Assembly: GCA_964429795.1 (NCBI GenBank)
Contig: CAYSCW010000002.1
Coordinates: 23,431-87,430 of the forward strand
DNA: 64,000 nucleotides
Direction of reading: 5' to 3'
Origin: an uncultured Eubacteriales bacterium
Lineage (GTDB): Bacteria; Acidobacteriota; Aminicenantia; Aminicenantales; Aminicenantaceae
The position numbers and the translations under genes are program-made. Positions within the stretch are counted from its first letter, which is position 1. Every line of letters begins with the position of its first letter. Of the stretch, positions 26,058 through 35,485 are shown one piece after another. The notes under the pieces are model-generated. The model searched no databases and was not told the DNA's origin. It saw only the letters and a list, made by a program, of their open reading frames with translations.

Positions 26058-26414
26058 GTGGCAAGAAAAAAAGGAATAGAAGAACAGATCAACCTCCTCG
26101 AGCTTGTCCCTATAAGAAACATCGATTGGAAAAAGAGCGACCAAGGATTGACTGTTCTTCTTAAGCCTAAGATAAAGCATCCGGTTTTGGCTAAAAATAT
26201 TCTTCCCCGTCTGAAAAATCCCTATTACAAGATTAGACTAGACGATGTGGGAAGCTTCATCTGGGAACAGTGCGACGGAGTCCAGACTGTAAAGGAGATA
26301 GCAGATTCTCTGAGTGAGAGGTTTGGGGATAAAGTGGAACCTCTTTATGATCGGTTGGCTCTCTTTCTGCAGAGCTTGGAAAGGAATCGGTTCATACTGT
26401 ACAGAGAAAAATAG
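26058..26414 (+). CDS. PqqD-family (RRE-like) small protein, immediately downstream of and co-oriented with the OPT transporter
   Basis: 118 aa. ...KIRLDDVGSFIWEQCDGVQTVKEIADSLSERFGDKVEPLYDRLALFLQSLERNRFI matches the PqqD / RiPP-recognition-element fold pattern. 34-nt gap after the OPT stop. Confidence 0.65.
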   Translation: MARKKGIEEQINLLELVPIRNIDWKKSDQGLTVLLKPKIKHPVLAKNILPRLKNPYYKIRLDDVGSFIWEQCDGVQTVKEIADSLSERFGDKVEPLYDRLALFLQSLERNRFILYREK

Positions 26415-26440
26415 GAAATTAACTTGGCATGTTAGCACCT

Positions 26441-26605
26441 CCATTTCCGTGAGAGCTAATGATGAGGGATATAATCTGTCACAGCGCCTGGTGCCTCTCC
26501 TCCCTCGCCAAAGACCCTCTTACCCGCCACCATGGGCTTCGGAAAGACAGTAACCGTCGCCTCTCTACCTTGCCGGATGAAATATTTTCACTCATCACGT
26601 AAATG
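26441..26605. repeat. Mosaic intergenic repeat copy R1 (module A forward, module C, module B inverted) between the pqqD-like gene and def
   Basis: 26441-26470 ccatttccgtgagagctaatgatgagggat is module A. 26504-26542 ctcgccaaagaccctcttacccgccaccatgggcttcgg is module C (compare 52620-52660). 26571-26603 ccggatgaaatattttcactcatcacg is the reverse complement of module B (compare 52564-52590 and 47411-47440). Confidence 0.55.
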
Positions 26606-26805
26606 AAGATGCTTCCGCTTGGAATCAGGATTTGGATCAACTAACGAGGTGTCAGGCTTCCTTAAGAACGGAAACCTAAAGCAAGAATATCGCCTTGGCA
26701 TGACATAGATAATGAAGTCTGATCCTGATGTTGTCCAAGTCTCAAGACATAACAGAAGTTGAACAAAGAGTGATTTTTTTTTAAAATAAAGGTTAGTAGA
26801 GAAAA

Positions 26806-27312
26806 ATGCCTGTCCTTGAAATCGCAAAATATGGAAATCCTGTTCTCATCCAGAGAGCACAAGAAATAGAGAACATCGATCAGGTCATCATTAAGCTTGC
26901 TCAAGACATGGTATTGACCATGCACGCAGCTCCAGGCATAGGGCTGGCAGCGCCTCAGGTGAATCGAAGCATCCGTCTGATAACAGTCGACATTTCGGTG
27001 GGAGAGAACAAGAGGGACCTTATCGTGCTGATCAATCCTGAGATCGTGAGCCAAGAGGGAGAGCAAGTTGAGGAAGAAGGCTGTCTTTCCGTACCGGATA
27101 TTCGGGAGAAAGTTGTCAGGCCTGCTCGGGTAGTGGTCAGAGGGATCGATTTGAACGGTAAAGAAAGAAGGGTCGAAGTAGATGGACTGATGGCCAGAGT
27201 TTTCTGTCATGAGCTCGACCATATTAACGGAAAATTGTTCATCGATAATCTATCTCCTTTGAAGAGAGGATTGATCAAGAAGGTATTACGCAAGAGGCTG
27301 AGCAAGGTCTGA
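26806..27312 (+). CDS. def: Peptide deformylase
   Basis: GIGLAAPQV, EGCLSVP and HELDHINGKLF, the three PDF motifs. RBS then ATG at 26806. Confidence 0.93.
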   Translation: MPVLEIAKYGNPVLIQRAQEIENIDQVIIKLAQDMVLTMHAAPGIGLAAPQVNRSIRLITVDISVGENKRDLIVLINPEIVSQEGEQVEEEGCLSVPDIREKVVRPARVVVRGIDLNGKERRVEVDGLMARVFCHELDHINGKLFIDNLSPLKRGLIKKVLRKRLSKV

Positions 27313-28247
27313 TGAAGATAGTTTTTTTCGGCAGCCCGCCAGCGGCGCTTCCCTCGCTGAGAGAAATCCTTGAAGCCGGACACAGGGTTGAACTTGTTAT
27401 CACCCAGCAGGATAGGCCTGCAGGAAGAGGAAGGAGGCTCCGTCCTTCTGCAGTTAAATCGTTTGCCATGGCTCGCCAAATTCCAGCCTATGAATCCCCG
27501 CGTATCAGGAAAGATGCCGAGGCTCTGGACAGAATAGAAAGAATAGATCCAGACCTCAACGTTGTGGTCGCCTATGGCCAGATCATCCCCGCCTCAATCA
27601 TCTATCTCCCCAAATACAACTCCATCAATGCTCACTTTTCTCTTCTCCCTAAATACCGAGGTGCATCTCCCGTTCAATGGGCTCTCCTCCAAGGAGAAAC
27701 AAAAACGGGTGTAACCATCTTCGAACTCAACGAGAGGATGGATGAAGGCGACATCCTCTCTCAGGAAGAGGTGGTGATTCATCCTCAAGAGACAGCGGGA
27801 GAGTTGGAGACCCGGTTGGCTCAAAATGGAGCTAGTCTCCTAGTGAAGACTCTGGGAGAGATTGACCAGATCCATGCCTCTCCTCAGGATCACTCTCAAG
27901 CCACCTATGCCCCCCTGTTAAAGAAGGAAGACGGAAGGATCGATTGGAAAAAGGATGCCCTTTATATCGAAAGACTGATGCGGGCCTTTAATCCCTGGCC
28001 CTCCGCATTTACATTCTTGGGAGGGAAAAGAATAAAAATCCTCAGGGGGAAGAGATTGACACCTGGCTTGACTCTGGCCGACATTCCTGGGAGGATAAAA
28101 GAGAGCACTAAGGAAGGGATCGAAGTTATTTGCGGGCAAGGAAGCCTTTTTCTGATCGAAGAATTGCTACCTGAGGGGAAAAAACCGATGAAAGCCTATG
28201 CCTATTCCCTGGGTGCGAAGTTGAAGTCAAGAGATGCGTTCAGTTAG
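27312..28247 (+). CDS. fmt: Methionyl-tRNA formyltransferase
   Basis: MKIVFFGSPPAALPSL...NAHFSLLPKYRGASPVQWALLQGETKTGVTIF... Start overlaps the def stop (TGATG). Confidence 0.93.
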   Translation: MKIVFFGSPPAALPSLREILEAGHRVELVITQQDRPAGRGRRLRPSAVKSFAMARQIPAYESPRIRKDAEALDRIERIDPDLNVVVAYGQIIPASIIYLPKYNSINAHFSLLPKYRGASPVQWALLQGETKTGVTIFELNERMDEGDILSQEEVVIHPQETAGELETRLAQNGASLLVKTLGEIDQIHASPQDHSQATYAPLLKKEDGRIDWKKDALYIERLMRAFNPWPSAFTFLGGKRIKILRGKRLTPGLTLADIPGRIKESTKEGIEVICGQGSLFLIEELLPEGKKPMKAYAYSLGAKLKSRDAFS

Positions 28248-28259
28248 GGGAAAAAAGTC

Positions 28260-29156
28260 TTATTCATCGAGAATATAAAAGTAGGGATTGACAGACTTTC
28301 CGTTGAGTCGGACTTCATAATGGACATGAGGGCCTAAGGATTTTCCTGTCTTCCCAATAAGTCCGATAGTATCTCCTCTTTTTACTTTTTGCCCTGGCTT
28401 GACCAAAAATTTGCTGAGGTGGCAGTAAACTGTCGTATACCCTCCCCTGTGGCTGATCTTGATCGTTTTTCCTCCGATTTTGTCTCTTTTGGTTTGAATA
28501 ACCACTCCATCTGCAGTAGCAATCACTGGGTTCCCGAAATAAGTGGCGATGTCAATACCGTGGTGGAATGTCCTTTTTCCAGTGAAGGGATCGTCCCTCC
28601 AGCCAAAGGAGGAAACCCAATAGCCCTTTGTGGGTGCGATGCTGGGAGTATTAGCAAGTCTTAAGGACTCGTTCTCAAAAAAAGTGATCAGAGTGTTGAG
28701 ATTTTTCTCCACACCTTCAGCCTTTTGGCTGACTGTTTCCAAACTCTGAAGGCTCACTTGCTGAGAAAGATTTGGAGAGCTCGATTCTTGGCCATTATCC
28801 GTTCCACTGCCGATTCCTACCTCTTTGAGAACATCTGGTGATTTAAGCCCGGCCATAACATTGAGCTTCTTGGCATAATTTTCGAAATGTTCGATGGTGG
28901 CCTCGAGCTGAGCAACAGTACTTTTGTACTCAACTATGGTTTTTTCTTTCTTGACGTTTTCTTGGATGAGCTGTTTATATTTTTTTCTGGTGATATTCAT
29001 GGTGAAATAATCGACAAGAAAGACCATGAAGGCCATAAAGATGAAGGTAAAAATGCCAGCCCAGATTCGGATAGTTCTTTTGGAGAATGAAACGGTTTTA
29101 GGTTTCCCCTTACGATGAGGCAGGATGATAAGAGATATGATCTTTTCCGGCATCAA
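28260..29156 (-). CDS. M23-family peptidoglycan metalloendopeptidase with N-terminal membrane anchor and coiled-coil
   Basis: C-terminus HHGIDIATYFGNPVIATADGVVI...GKTIKISHRGGYTTVYCHLSKFLVKPGQKVKRGDTIGLIGKTGKSLGPHVHYEV (HxxxD ... HxH). Confidence 0.85.
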   Translation of the reverse strand: MMPEKIISLIILPHRKGKPKTVSFSKRTIRIWAGIFTFIFMAFMVFLVDYFTMNITRKKYKQLIQENVKKEKTIVEYKSTVAQLEATIEHFENYAKKLNVMAGLKSPDVLKEVGIGSGTDNGQESSSPNLSQQVSLQSLETVSQKAEGVEKNLNTLITFFENESLRLANTPSIAPTKGYWVSSFGWRDDPFTGKRTFHHGIDIATYFGNPVIATADGVVIQTKRDKIGGKTIKISHRGGYTTVYCHLSKFLVKPGQKVKRGDTIGLIGKTGKSLGPHVHYEVRLNGKSVNPYFYILDE

Positions 29157-29218
29157 TCTGTTTCCTTGATTATCATAATTGAAAAAACAATGTCAAGCGA
29201 TTTGTTGATGAAGTAAAT

Positions 29219-29614
29219 TTAAGGAAAGTTCTTCTCGATCCATTTTACGATGTCTTGAGTTGATGATCCTGGTAAAAAGACTTCCTTGATGCCCATTTTT
29301 TTCAGATGGGGTATGTCTTTATCGGGAATAATTCCTCCTGCGATAACAAATATATCCTCGGCTTTATTTTCTCTGAGCATATTCAAGATCTTAGGAAAGA
29401 GGACTTTGTGCGCACCGGAGAGTATGCTCAGTCCTATGAGATCCACATCCTCCTGAATGGCTGCTTGTACGATTTCTTCAGGTGTGCGTCTTAATCCCGT
29501 ATAGATGACTTCGTAGCCGGCATCCCGCAGAGCACGACAGATCACTTTTGCTCCTCGGTCGTGACCATCCAGACCGGGTTTAGCGATCAAGATTCTAATC
29601 TTCTTCTCAGGCAT
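29219..29614 (-). CDS. Cobalamin-binding small subunit of a methylmalonyl-CoA mutase-family enzyme (B12-binding domain)
   Basis: [40 protein letters not shown]... DxHxxG B12-binding motif. Start set to the ATG at 29614, preceded by GGAGGAAG. Confidence 0.85.
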   Translation of the reverse strand: MPEKKIRILIAKPGLDGHDRGAKVICRALRDAGYEVIYTGLRRTPEEIVQAAIQEDVDLIGLSILSGAHKVLFPKILNMLRENKAEDIFVIAGGIIPDKDIPHLKKMGIKEVFLPGSSTQDIVKWIEKNFP

Positions 29615-29745
29615 AACTTCCTCCAAAAAAGAGTGAATAACCTCTTAAGAAAGGACAAAAACAGGAGACGAATGGCTTTTCTCTGGCCCTTGTTATCTTT
29701 TCTTGTCTGCAAGCCTCGGTCTATATTCATAGGCCATGCTGTGTA

Positions 29746-31425
29746 TTAAAAGGTTGTTGGCTCTCGATACTCTCCAAAAACTTCTTTTAAAGAATCAACG
29801 ATTTCGCCCAATGTGGCATAGCTCTTAACTGTTTTGATCAGTAACGGCATGAGGTTTTGGCTATCTTCAGCTGCCTTCTTTAAATCCTGGAGATTTTGTT
29901 TGACTTTGGCTTGGTTCCTTGTTTTTTTCACTTCCTTCAACCGCTCCAGCTGCTGTCTAGGCACAGACTCATCAATATGCAGGATGGGAATGGATTCGTG
30001 ATCCATCTGGAAGGTGTTGACCCCCACGATGATCTTTTCCTTTCTTTCCACCGCCTTCTGGTATTTATAGGCACTGTCAGCGATTTCACGCTGGGGAAAT
30101 CCAAGTTCTATAGCTTTGACCATGCCTCCCATGTCATCGATCTTCCCGATGTATTCCTTGGCTCCTTCCTCCATTTCTCTGGTAAATTTTTCTATAAAGT
30201 AGCTTCCTCCCAGAGGATCGAGACAATTGGCCACTCCGCTTTCATGAGCAATGATCTGTTGAGTTCTGAGGGCGATGGTGACAGCTTCCTCAGAGGGCAA
30301 GGCATAGGTCTCATCCAGAGAATTTGTGTGGAGAGATTGAGTTCCTCCCAGCACCGCAGTTAAAGCCTGGATGGCCACTCTGGTGATATTGTTATATGGT
30401 TGCTGGGCCGTGAGTGAGACGCCCGAGGTTTGGGTGTGGAACCTCAGCCACCAGGACCTTGAGTCCTTTGCACCAAATCTCTCACGCATCACCTCAGCCC
30501 AGATTTTTCTGGCGGCCCGGAACTTGGCAATTTCTTCGAAGAAATCATTATGGGCGTTGAAGAAAAAAGAAAGCCTCGGTGCAAATTCATCAATATCCAG
30601 GCCTCTTTCCAGAGCCCATTCCACATACTCGACTCCATCCCTCAGGGTGAAAGCCAGTTCCTGTAAGGCTGTTGCTCCCGCCTCCCGAATATGATATCCC
30701 GAGATAGAAATGGTGTTCCACCTGGGAACATTCTTTGATCCGAACTCAAAAGTATCAACAATCAACTTCATGGAAGGCTTGGGAGGAAAGATAAATTCCT
30801 TCTGAGCGATGTATTCTTTGAGGATGTCGTTCTGAATGGTGCCCGATATGACTCCAGGAGAGATGCCTTGTTTTTCGGCCATTGCGATGTACATCGCCCA
30901 CAGAATGGCAGCTGTGGGATTGATGGTCATGGAAGTGGAGATCTTATCCAGAGGAATGCCATCAAAAAGGATTTCCATGTCAGCTAATGTATCCACAGCT
31001 ACTCCACATTTCCCTATTTCCCCTTGTGATAGTGGATGATCGGAATCAACTCCCATCAAGGTGGGAAGGTGAAAGGCAACGCTTAGTCCTGTTTGTCCGT
31101 GAGAGAGAAGATATTTATATCTTCCGTTGGTGTCCTCGGCAGTTCCGAATCCAGAAAATTGCCTGATGGTCCACATCCGGCCTCGGTACATGGTGGGATG
31201 GATTCCTCTTGTATAAGGATATTCACCTGGAAATCCAAAATCCCTCTGATAGTCAAACCCCTCTAAATCTGCGGGAGTGTAAAGCTCTTTTATTTCTTTG
31301 CCAGATACAGTGGTGAAGTCTCTGTTCTTGTCTCCTCCGCTTCTTAAAGTTTTATCGAATTTCTCCTTTTTCCAGCGGAGGTAGGATTTTTTAATGTCGT
31401 TTTTCCCTAGTTTCTCTTTTTTCAA
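29746..31425 (-). CDS. Methylmalonyl-CoA mutase-family large (catalytic TIM-barrel) subunit
   Basis: ...[61 protein letters not shown]... MCM/ICM family. Apparent TTG start at 31425, 5 nt after AGGAG. A 7-codon ATG uORF overlaps the start. Confidence 0.88.
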   Translation of the reverse strand: MKKEKLGKNDIKKSYLRWKKEKFDKTLRSGGDKNRDFTTVSGKEIKELYTPADLEGFDYQRDFGFPGEYPYTRGIHPTMYRGRMWTIRQFSGFGTAEDTNGRYKYLLSHGQTGLSVAFHLPTLMGVDSDHPLSQGEIGKCGVAVDTLADMEILFDGIPLDKISTSMTINPTAAILWAMYIAMAEKQGISPGVISGTIQNDILKEYIAQKEFIFPPKPSMKLIVDTFEFGSKNVPRWNTISISGYHIREAGATALQELAFTLRDGVEYVEWALERGLDIDEFAPRLSFFFNAHNDFFEEIAKFRAARKIWAEVMRERFGAKDSRSWWLRFHTQTSGVSLTAQQPYNNITRVAIQALTAVLGGTQSLHTNSLDETYALPSEEAVTIALRTQQIIAHESGVANCLDPLGGSYFIEKFTREMEEGAKEYIGKIDDMGGMVKAIELGFPQREIADSAYKYQKAVERKEKIIVGVNTFQMDHESIPILHIDESVPRQQLERLKEVKKTRNQAKVKQNLQDLKKAAEDSQNLMPLLIKTVKSYATLGEIVDSLKEVFGEYREPTTF

Positions 31426-31492
31426 AGTCTCTCCTTCTCCCTCATAAGTCTAAAGATGAATTTGAATGACAATTCAATCTGGAATGATTTCT

Positions 31493-31750
31493 TTAATCTT
31501 CGGTGACTTTGAAAACCAAATCATTTTCCCTGACAGGACTCTCCACTTTAAGACCGATTGGTTCACCGGACTCGGCCACATCGACCGGTTTGTGTTCTAT
31601 CTGCATAGATTCAACTTTTTGAAAGAAATCTGTGGTATGGCCTTTAAAGTGGATGGTATCTCCTATCTGGAGCTTTCCCTTTGACAATTCCAAAACACCC
31701 ACGTTAATCTTGGAGAAATAATGAGTGATTCTCCCGATTTCTTCTTCCAT
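31493..31750 (-). CDS. Small beta-barrel protein of unknown function (EF-Tu domain-2-like pattern), between the SDR gene and the mutase large-subunit gene
   Basis: 85 aa. ...VGVLELSKGKLQIGDTIHFKGHTTDFFQKVESMQIEHKPVDVAESGEPIGLKV... is reminiscent of translation-factor beta-barrel domain 2. Identified by pattern only. Confidence 0.45.
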   Translation of the reverse strand: MEEEIGRITHYFSKINVGVLELSKGKLQIGDTIHFKGHTTDFFQKVESMQIEHKPVDVAESGEPIGLKVESPVRENDLVFKVTED

Positions 31751-31810
31751 CGAAGCCTCCTTTTACATCGTTACAAAATTATCAGAATTGGGGGATTTAA
31801 GCAAGCTGTT

Positions 31811-32572
31811 TTAAGCACAGAGCACCGAGGCTCCGTTTACATTCAGAACTTCTCCAGAAATATGCCTGGCCAGATCTGAGGCCAAGAAGATGATGGGCCC
31901 GGCAATATCTTCCGGTGGCGGGATTCTCCGCAAGGGAATGCTCTCCTGGATGCTCATGCGGTAATCTGGGTCACTGAAGACTTCAGCGCACATATCCGTA
32001 TCCACCCAGCCTGGGGCCACACAGTTGACTCGAATGTTATAGGGGGCGAGCTCAACAGCCAGAGATTTGGTTAGGGCTATCAGTGCGCCCTTGCTCGCTG
32101 CATAATGCGAATGGAAAGCCTCGCCCCTTACTCCAGCTGTGGAGGAAACATTGATGATCCACCCTCTCTTTTTTTCTTTCATGAATGGCACCACAGCGTT
32201 GCAGGTATGGAAAACAGCATCCAGGTTGATGCTCATTGTTTCTGACCAAACTCTCTCATCCATGTTGCCTATCTCTCCATAAGTCCAGATACCAGCATTA
32301 TTAACCAGAATATCTATCCTTCCCCACTCTTGGATGATCTTTTCCACCATCTGGCGAATCTGGCCTCTCTCTGCTAGATCGATTTTAAAGGTCAAACCTT
32401 CTCTTCCGATTTTCGTGATCTGCTGCTTGACTTCTTCAGCAGCTTCTCGGTGGATGCGAAAATTGATGGCCACATCGGCTCCGGCCCGGGCAAAAAGAAT
32501 GGCTGTTGAGCGTCCGATCCCCCTTGACCCGCCGGTGACAAGCACCTTCCTTCCGCTAAGATTAATCATCAT
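31811..32572 (-). CDS. SDR-family oxidoreductase (3-oxoacyl-ACP reductase-like)
   Basis: KVLVTGGSRGIGRSTAILFARAGADV, NNAG, the S-Y-K catalytic set (YAASKGAL), and PGWVDT. Confidence 0.85.
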   Translation of the reverse strand: MMINLSGRKVLVTGGSRGIGRSTAILFARAGADVAINFRIHREAAEEVKQQITKIGREGLTFKIDLAERGQIRQMVEKIIQEWGRIDILVNNAGIWTYGEIGNMDERVWSETMSINLDAVFHTCNAVVPFMKEKKRGWIINVSSTAGVRGEAFHSHYAASKGALIALTKSLAVELAPYNIRVNCVAPGWVDTDMCAEVFSDPDYRMSIQESIPLRRIPPPEDIAGPIIFLASDLARHISGEVLNVNGASVLCA

Positions 32573-32722
32573 TCCTCCTTTCTTTTTTGCTGCGACATCG
32601 AAACTCAGTTCCTCTAAGGAGAATCAAAATTTTATTGGATTTGCACACTGAGTCATCATATGATGCAGTTGTCTTCTTTTTAAAATAGTCGAAGACTCGA
32701 AGCAAAGGGAAAATGAACTTCC

Positions 32723-35263
32723 CTACGCATAGTCAAGACCCACATCTTTCATCTGGTCAAACTGTAGATATCTATAGATTTCTCGCTTCCTGGGCTGAAT
32801 TTTCTTCTCATAGATGGAGAAATATTCGTCAGGTGTGGGAAGTTTGTTTGAAAGGGCCGCTATGGCAGCCAGTTCAGCAGAGCCAAGATAGACGCGGGCA
32901 TTGTCGCCCATTCGGTTGTCAAAGTTACGTGTGGAAGTAGAGATGACGGTTGCTCCAGGTCTGACTCTGGCCTGATTTCCCATACAGAGCGAACAACCAG
33001 GAATTTCTGTACGAGCTCCTACGCTGGCATAGATGGAATAATATCCCTCTCTCTGGAGTTGAGCTCTGTCCATCTTGGTGGGGGGAGTCAGCCAAATACG
33101 TGTCTGAAGATAACCTTCTCCATCGAATATCTTTCCAGCCGCCCGAAAATGACTGATGTTGGTCATGCACGACCCGATGAATATCTCATCGATCTTGTCT
33201 CCCGCTACCTCAGAGAGAACTTTCACGTCGTCTGGATCATTGGGGCAGGCTACGATAGGCTCTTTGATATCTTGGAGGTTGATTTCCAGGACTGCCGCAT
33301 AATCGGCATTCTTATCCCTTTGTAGAAGCTTTGGATTGTCCAGCCATCCCTTGCAGGCTTCAATCCTTCTCTGCAAAGTGTCACCATCTTGGTATCCTTC
33401 CCTGATCATCTTTTCCATCAGAGCCACGTTGCTTCTGATGTATTGGGCCGCACTTTCTATGCTGAGTGCGACCGTTGCCGCTGCGGCAGATCGCTCTGCA
33501 CTGGCGTCAGTGAGCTCGTAGGCCTGTTCGACTGGCAAATCGGGTAGACCATCTATCTCTAAAACCCGGCCATTAAAAATATTCTTCTTATCCTTTTTTT
33601 CCACTGTGAGCAAACCCTCTTGGATTGCAAAATAAGGAATGGCGTTGACCACATCCCGAAGTGTTATCCCGGGTCGAAGTTTCCCGCTGAATTTGACTAA
33701 CACTGACTCAGGCATGTCCAGCGGCATAAACCCGAGAGTGCCCGCAAATGCCACCAGACCTGAGCCTGCAGGAAAGCTCAGTCCTATTGGGAACCGAGTA
33801 TGCGAATCACCTGCCGTTCCCAGTGTATCGGGAATCAACAGGCGATTCAACCAGGAATGGATAACACCATCACCGGGTTTGAGGGAAACGCCCTTACGGT
33901 CGGTGATGAATCGGGAGAGCGATTTATGCATCTTGACGTCTGGAAGTTTGGGGTAAGCGGCTGTGTGACAGAAAGATTGCATGAAGAGCTCTGTCTGAAA
34001 TTCTAGACAGGCCAATTCTTTGAGTTCATCTGCAGTCATGGGACCTGTTGTATCCTGAGAGCCGACTGTGGTCATCTTTGGTTCACAGGCTGTTCCGGGA
34101 AGAACACCTTCCACACCACAGGCTTTCCCTACGATCTTCTGGGCTAGAGAGAAGCCCTGTCCTTCTTTAGGAGAAGGCCATTCCATTTTGGTGAAAAAAT
34201 TAGCCTCTCCCATGCCTAGCTCTTTTCGAGCTTTTTCGGTCAGGGAACGGCCGATGATGAGGTTGAGCCGTCCACCTGCTCGGAACTCATCCTTAAGTGT
34301 AGCTGGTTTGAGCTTGAAGGAGGCAATCTTTTCTCCAGATTCGCTGGTGATAGTCTGTGATTTCGAATCAATGACAATAACAGCCCCGGTTTCCATCTTC
34401 GACACATCGCACATAAGAGGAAGCCCCCCGGAATCTTCAACTGTGTTGAAAAAGATGGGGGCGATCAGACCGCCGATGACCACTCCCCCTCTTCTCTTAT
34501 TTGGGACGTAGGGGATATCCTCGCCGATATGCCACATCAAGGAATTGCAGGCGGATTTCCGGGATGAACCTGTCCCCACTACATCTCCCATAAAGGCCAC
34601 TCGTGCTCCTTGTTCACGAAATTCTTTGATGGTATCCATTCCTCCTGGAAACCGTGTCTCTCCCATGGAGAGGGCATGGAGAGGGATATCCGGTCGGCTC
34701 CACGCATGCTTTGCTGGAGAGAGATCATCGGTATTGGTTTCCTCATCTACCTTAAAGACTTTAAGGATCAATCTTTCTGGAAACTTTGGCTTCTTAAGAA
34801 ACCATTCGGCTTGGGCCCAAGAACGAAGGACATTCTCGGCATAGGGATTGCTTTTGGCCATACGTACTATTTCATCGAAGCCACCGTAGACAAGGGTGAT
34901 CATTTTGAGAGCTGCTGCTGCATCTTCGGCCAGTTCTTCGTCCTGAAGTAACTCCAAAAGAGGCTGGACGTTGAATCCTCCCAGCATGGTACCCAAGATA
35001 GTCACTGCTTTTTTCTTGGATACAACAGGAGAGAATGCGCCTCCCTTGGCCACTTTTGTTAACCATCCAGCTTTAACTCTTGCTGCAGGGTCAACTCCGG
35101 GTGCCACTCGGTTCATCAGAAGATCCAGAAGGAGTTCTCCCTTACTCCTGGGGGGATTTTCCAAGAGGGCACAGATTTCTTCCGTTTCCTCTGGGGATAA
35201 AGGCAGAGGAGGGATACCTTGTTTTTGCCGCTGGGATTCATGTTCAAAGTAGGCTTTTAACAT
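32723..35263 (-). CDS. acnB: Aconitate hydratase B (bifunctional aconitase 2 / 2-methylisocitrate dehydratase)
   Basis: 846 aa. N-terminal HEAT-like domain MLKAYFEHESQRQKQGIPPLPLSPEETEEICALL..., swivel and Fe-S domains. The Cys ligands lie in ...GSCMTN... and ...GCSLCMGNQARV... AcnB architecture. Confidence 0.88.
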   Translation of the reverse strand: MLKAYFEHESQRQKQGIPPLPLSPEETEEICALLENPPRSKGELLLDLLMNRVAPGVDPAARVKAGWLTKVAKGGAFSPVVSKKKAVTILGTMLGGFNVQPLLELLQDEELAEDAAAALKMITLVYGGFDEIVRMAKSNPYAENVLRSWAQAEWFLKKPKFPERLILKVFKVDEETNTDDLSPAKHAWSRPDIPLHALSMGETRFPGGMDTIKEFREQGARVAFMGDVVGTGSSRKSACNSLMWHIGEDIPYVPNKRRGGVVIGGLIAPIFFNTVEDSGGLPLMCDVSKMETGAVIVIDSKSQTITSESGEKIASFKLKPATLKDEFRAGGRLNLIIGRSLTEKARKELGMGEANFFTKMEWPSPKEGQGFSLAQKIVGKACGVEGVLPGTACEPKMTTVGSQDTTGPMTADELKELACLEFQTELFMQSFCHTAAYPKLPDVKMHKSLSRFITDRKGVSLKPGDGVIHSWLNRLLIPDTLGTAGDSHTRFPIGLSFPAGSGLVAFAGTLGFMPLDMPESVLVKFSGKLRPGITLRDVVNAIPYFAIQEGLLTVEKKDKKNIFNGRVLEIDGLPDLPVEQAYELTDASAERSAAAATVALSIESAAQYIRSNVALMEKMIREGYQDGDTLQRRIEACKGWLDNPKLLQRDKNADYAAVLEINLQDIKEPIVACPNDPDDVKVLSEVAGDKIDEIFIGSCMTNISHFRAAGKIFDGEGYLQTRIWLTPPTKMDRAQLQREGYYSIYASVGARTEIPGCSLCMGNQARVRPGATVISTSTRNFDNRMGDNARVYLGSAELAAIAALSNKLPTPDEYFSIYEKKIQPRKREIYRYLQFDQMKDVGLDYA

Positions 35264-35420
35264 TGGTATTCTCCGAAGTAAAGATTATAGTCATTATCAT
35301 GTATAAAATGTTTACCCTTCTTTGTCAAAAATATTTTGAGAATACTAAGCATTTCCAAAACAGTGATGGCATTAGAGCTGGCTCCTTCATTGATGAATTC
35401 GAATTATCGGGAATAATGAG

Positions 35421-35449
35421 TTGATTTTGCTCGAAAAAAAATATAATAT
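35421..35449 (+). promoter_or_regulatory. Candidate sigma70-like promoter for icd (TTGATT - 17 nt - TAATAT), in the acnB/icd divergent region
   Basis: TTGATT at 35421-35426, TAATAT at 35444-35449, RBS AAAGGAG at 35474-35480, ATG at 35486. Confidence 0.3.
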
Positions 35450-35485
35450 TCTCTCTTTTATAATCACCAAAAAAGGAGTTTTAGT

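Noticed and set aside
31426-31492. Cobalamin riboswitch upstream of the B12-dependent mutase genes
   Set aside because: The intergenic spaces flanking the mutase genes (66 nt and 120 nt) are far too short for the cobalamin aptamer (about 200 nt). No B12-box-like sequence was noticed.
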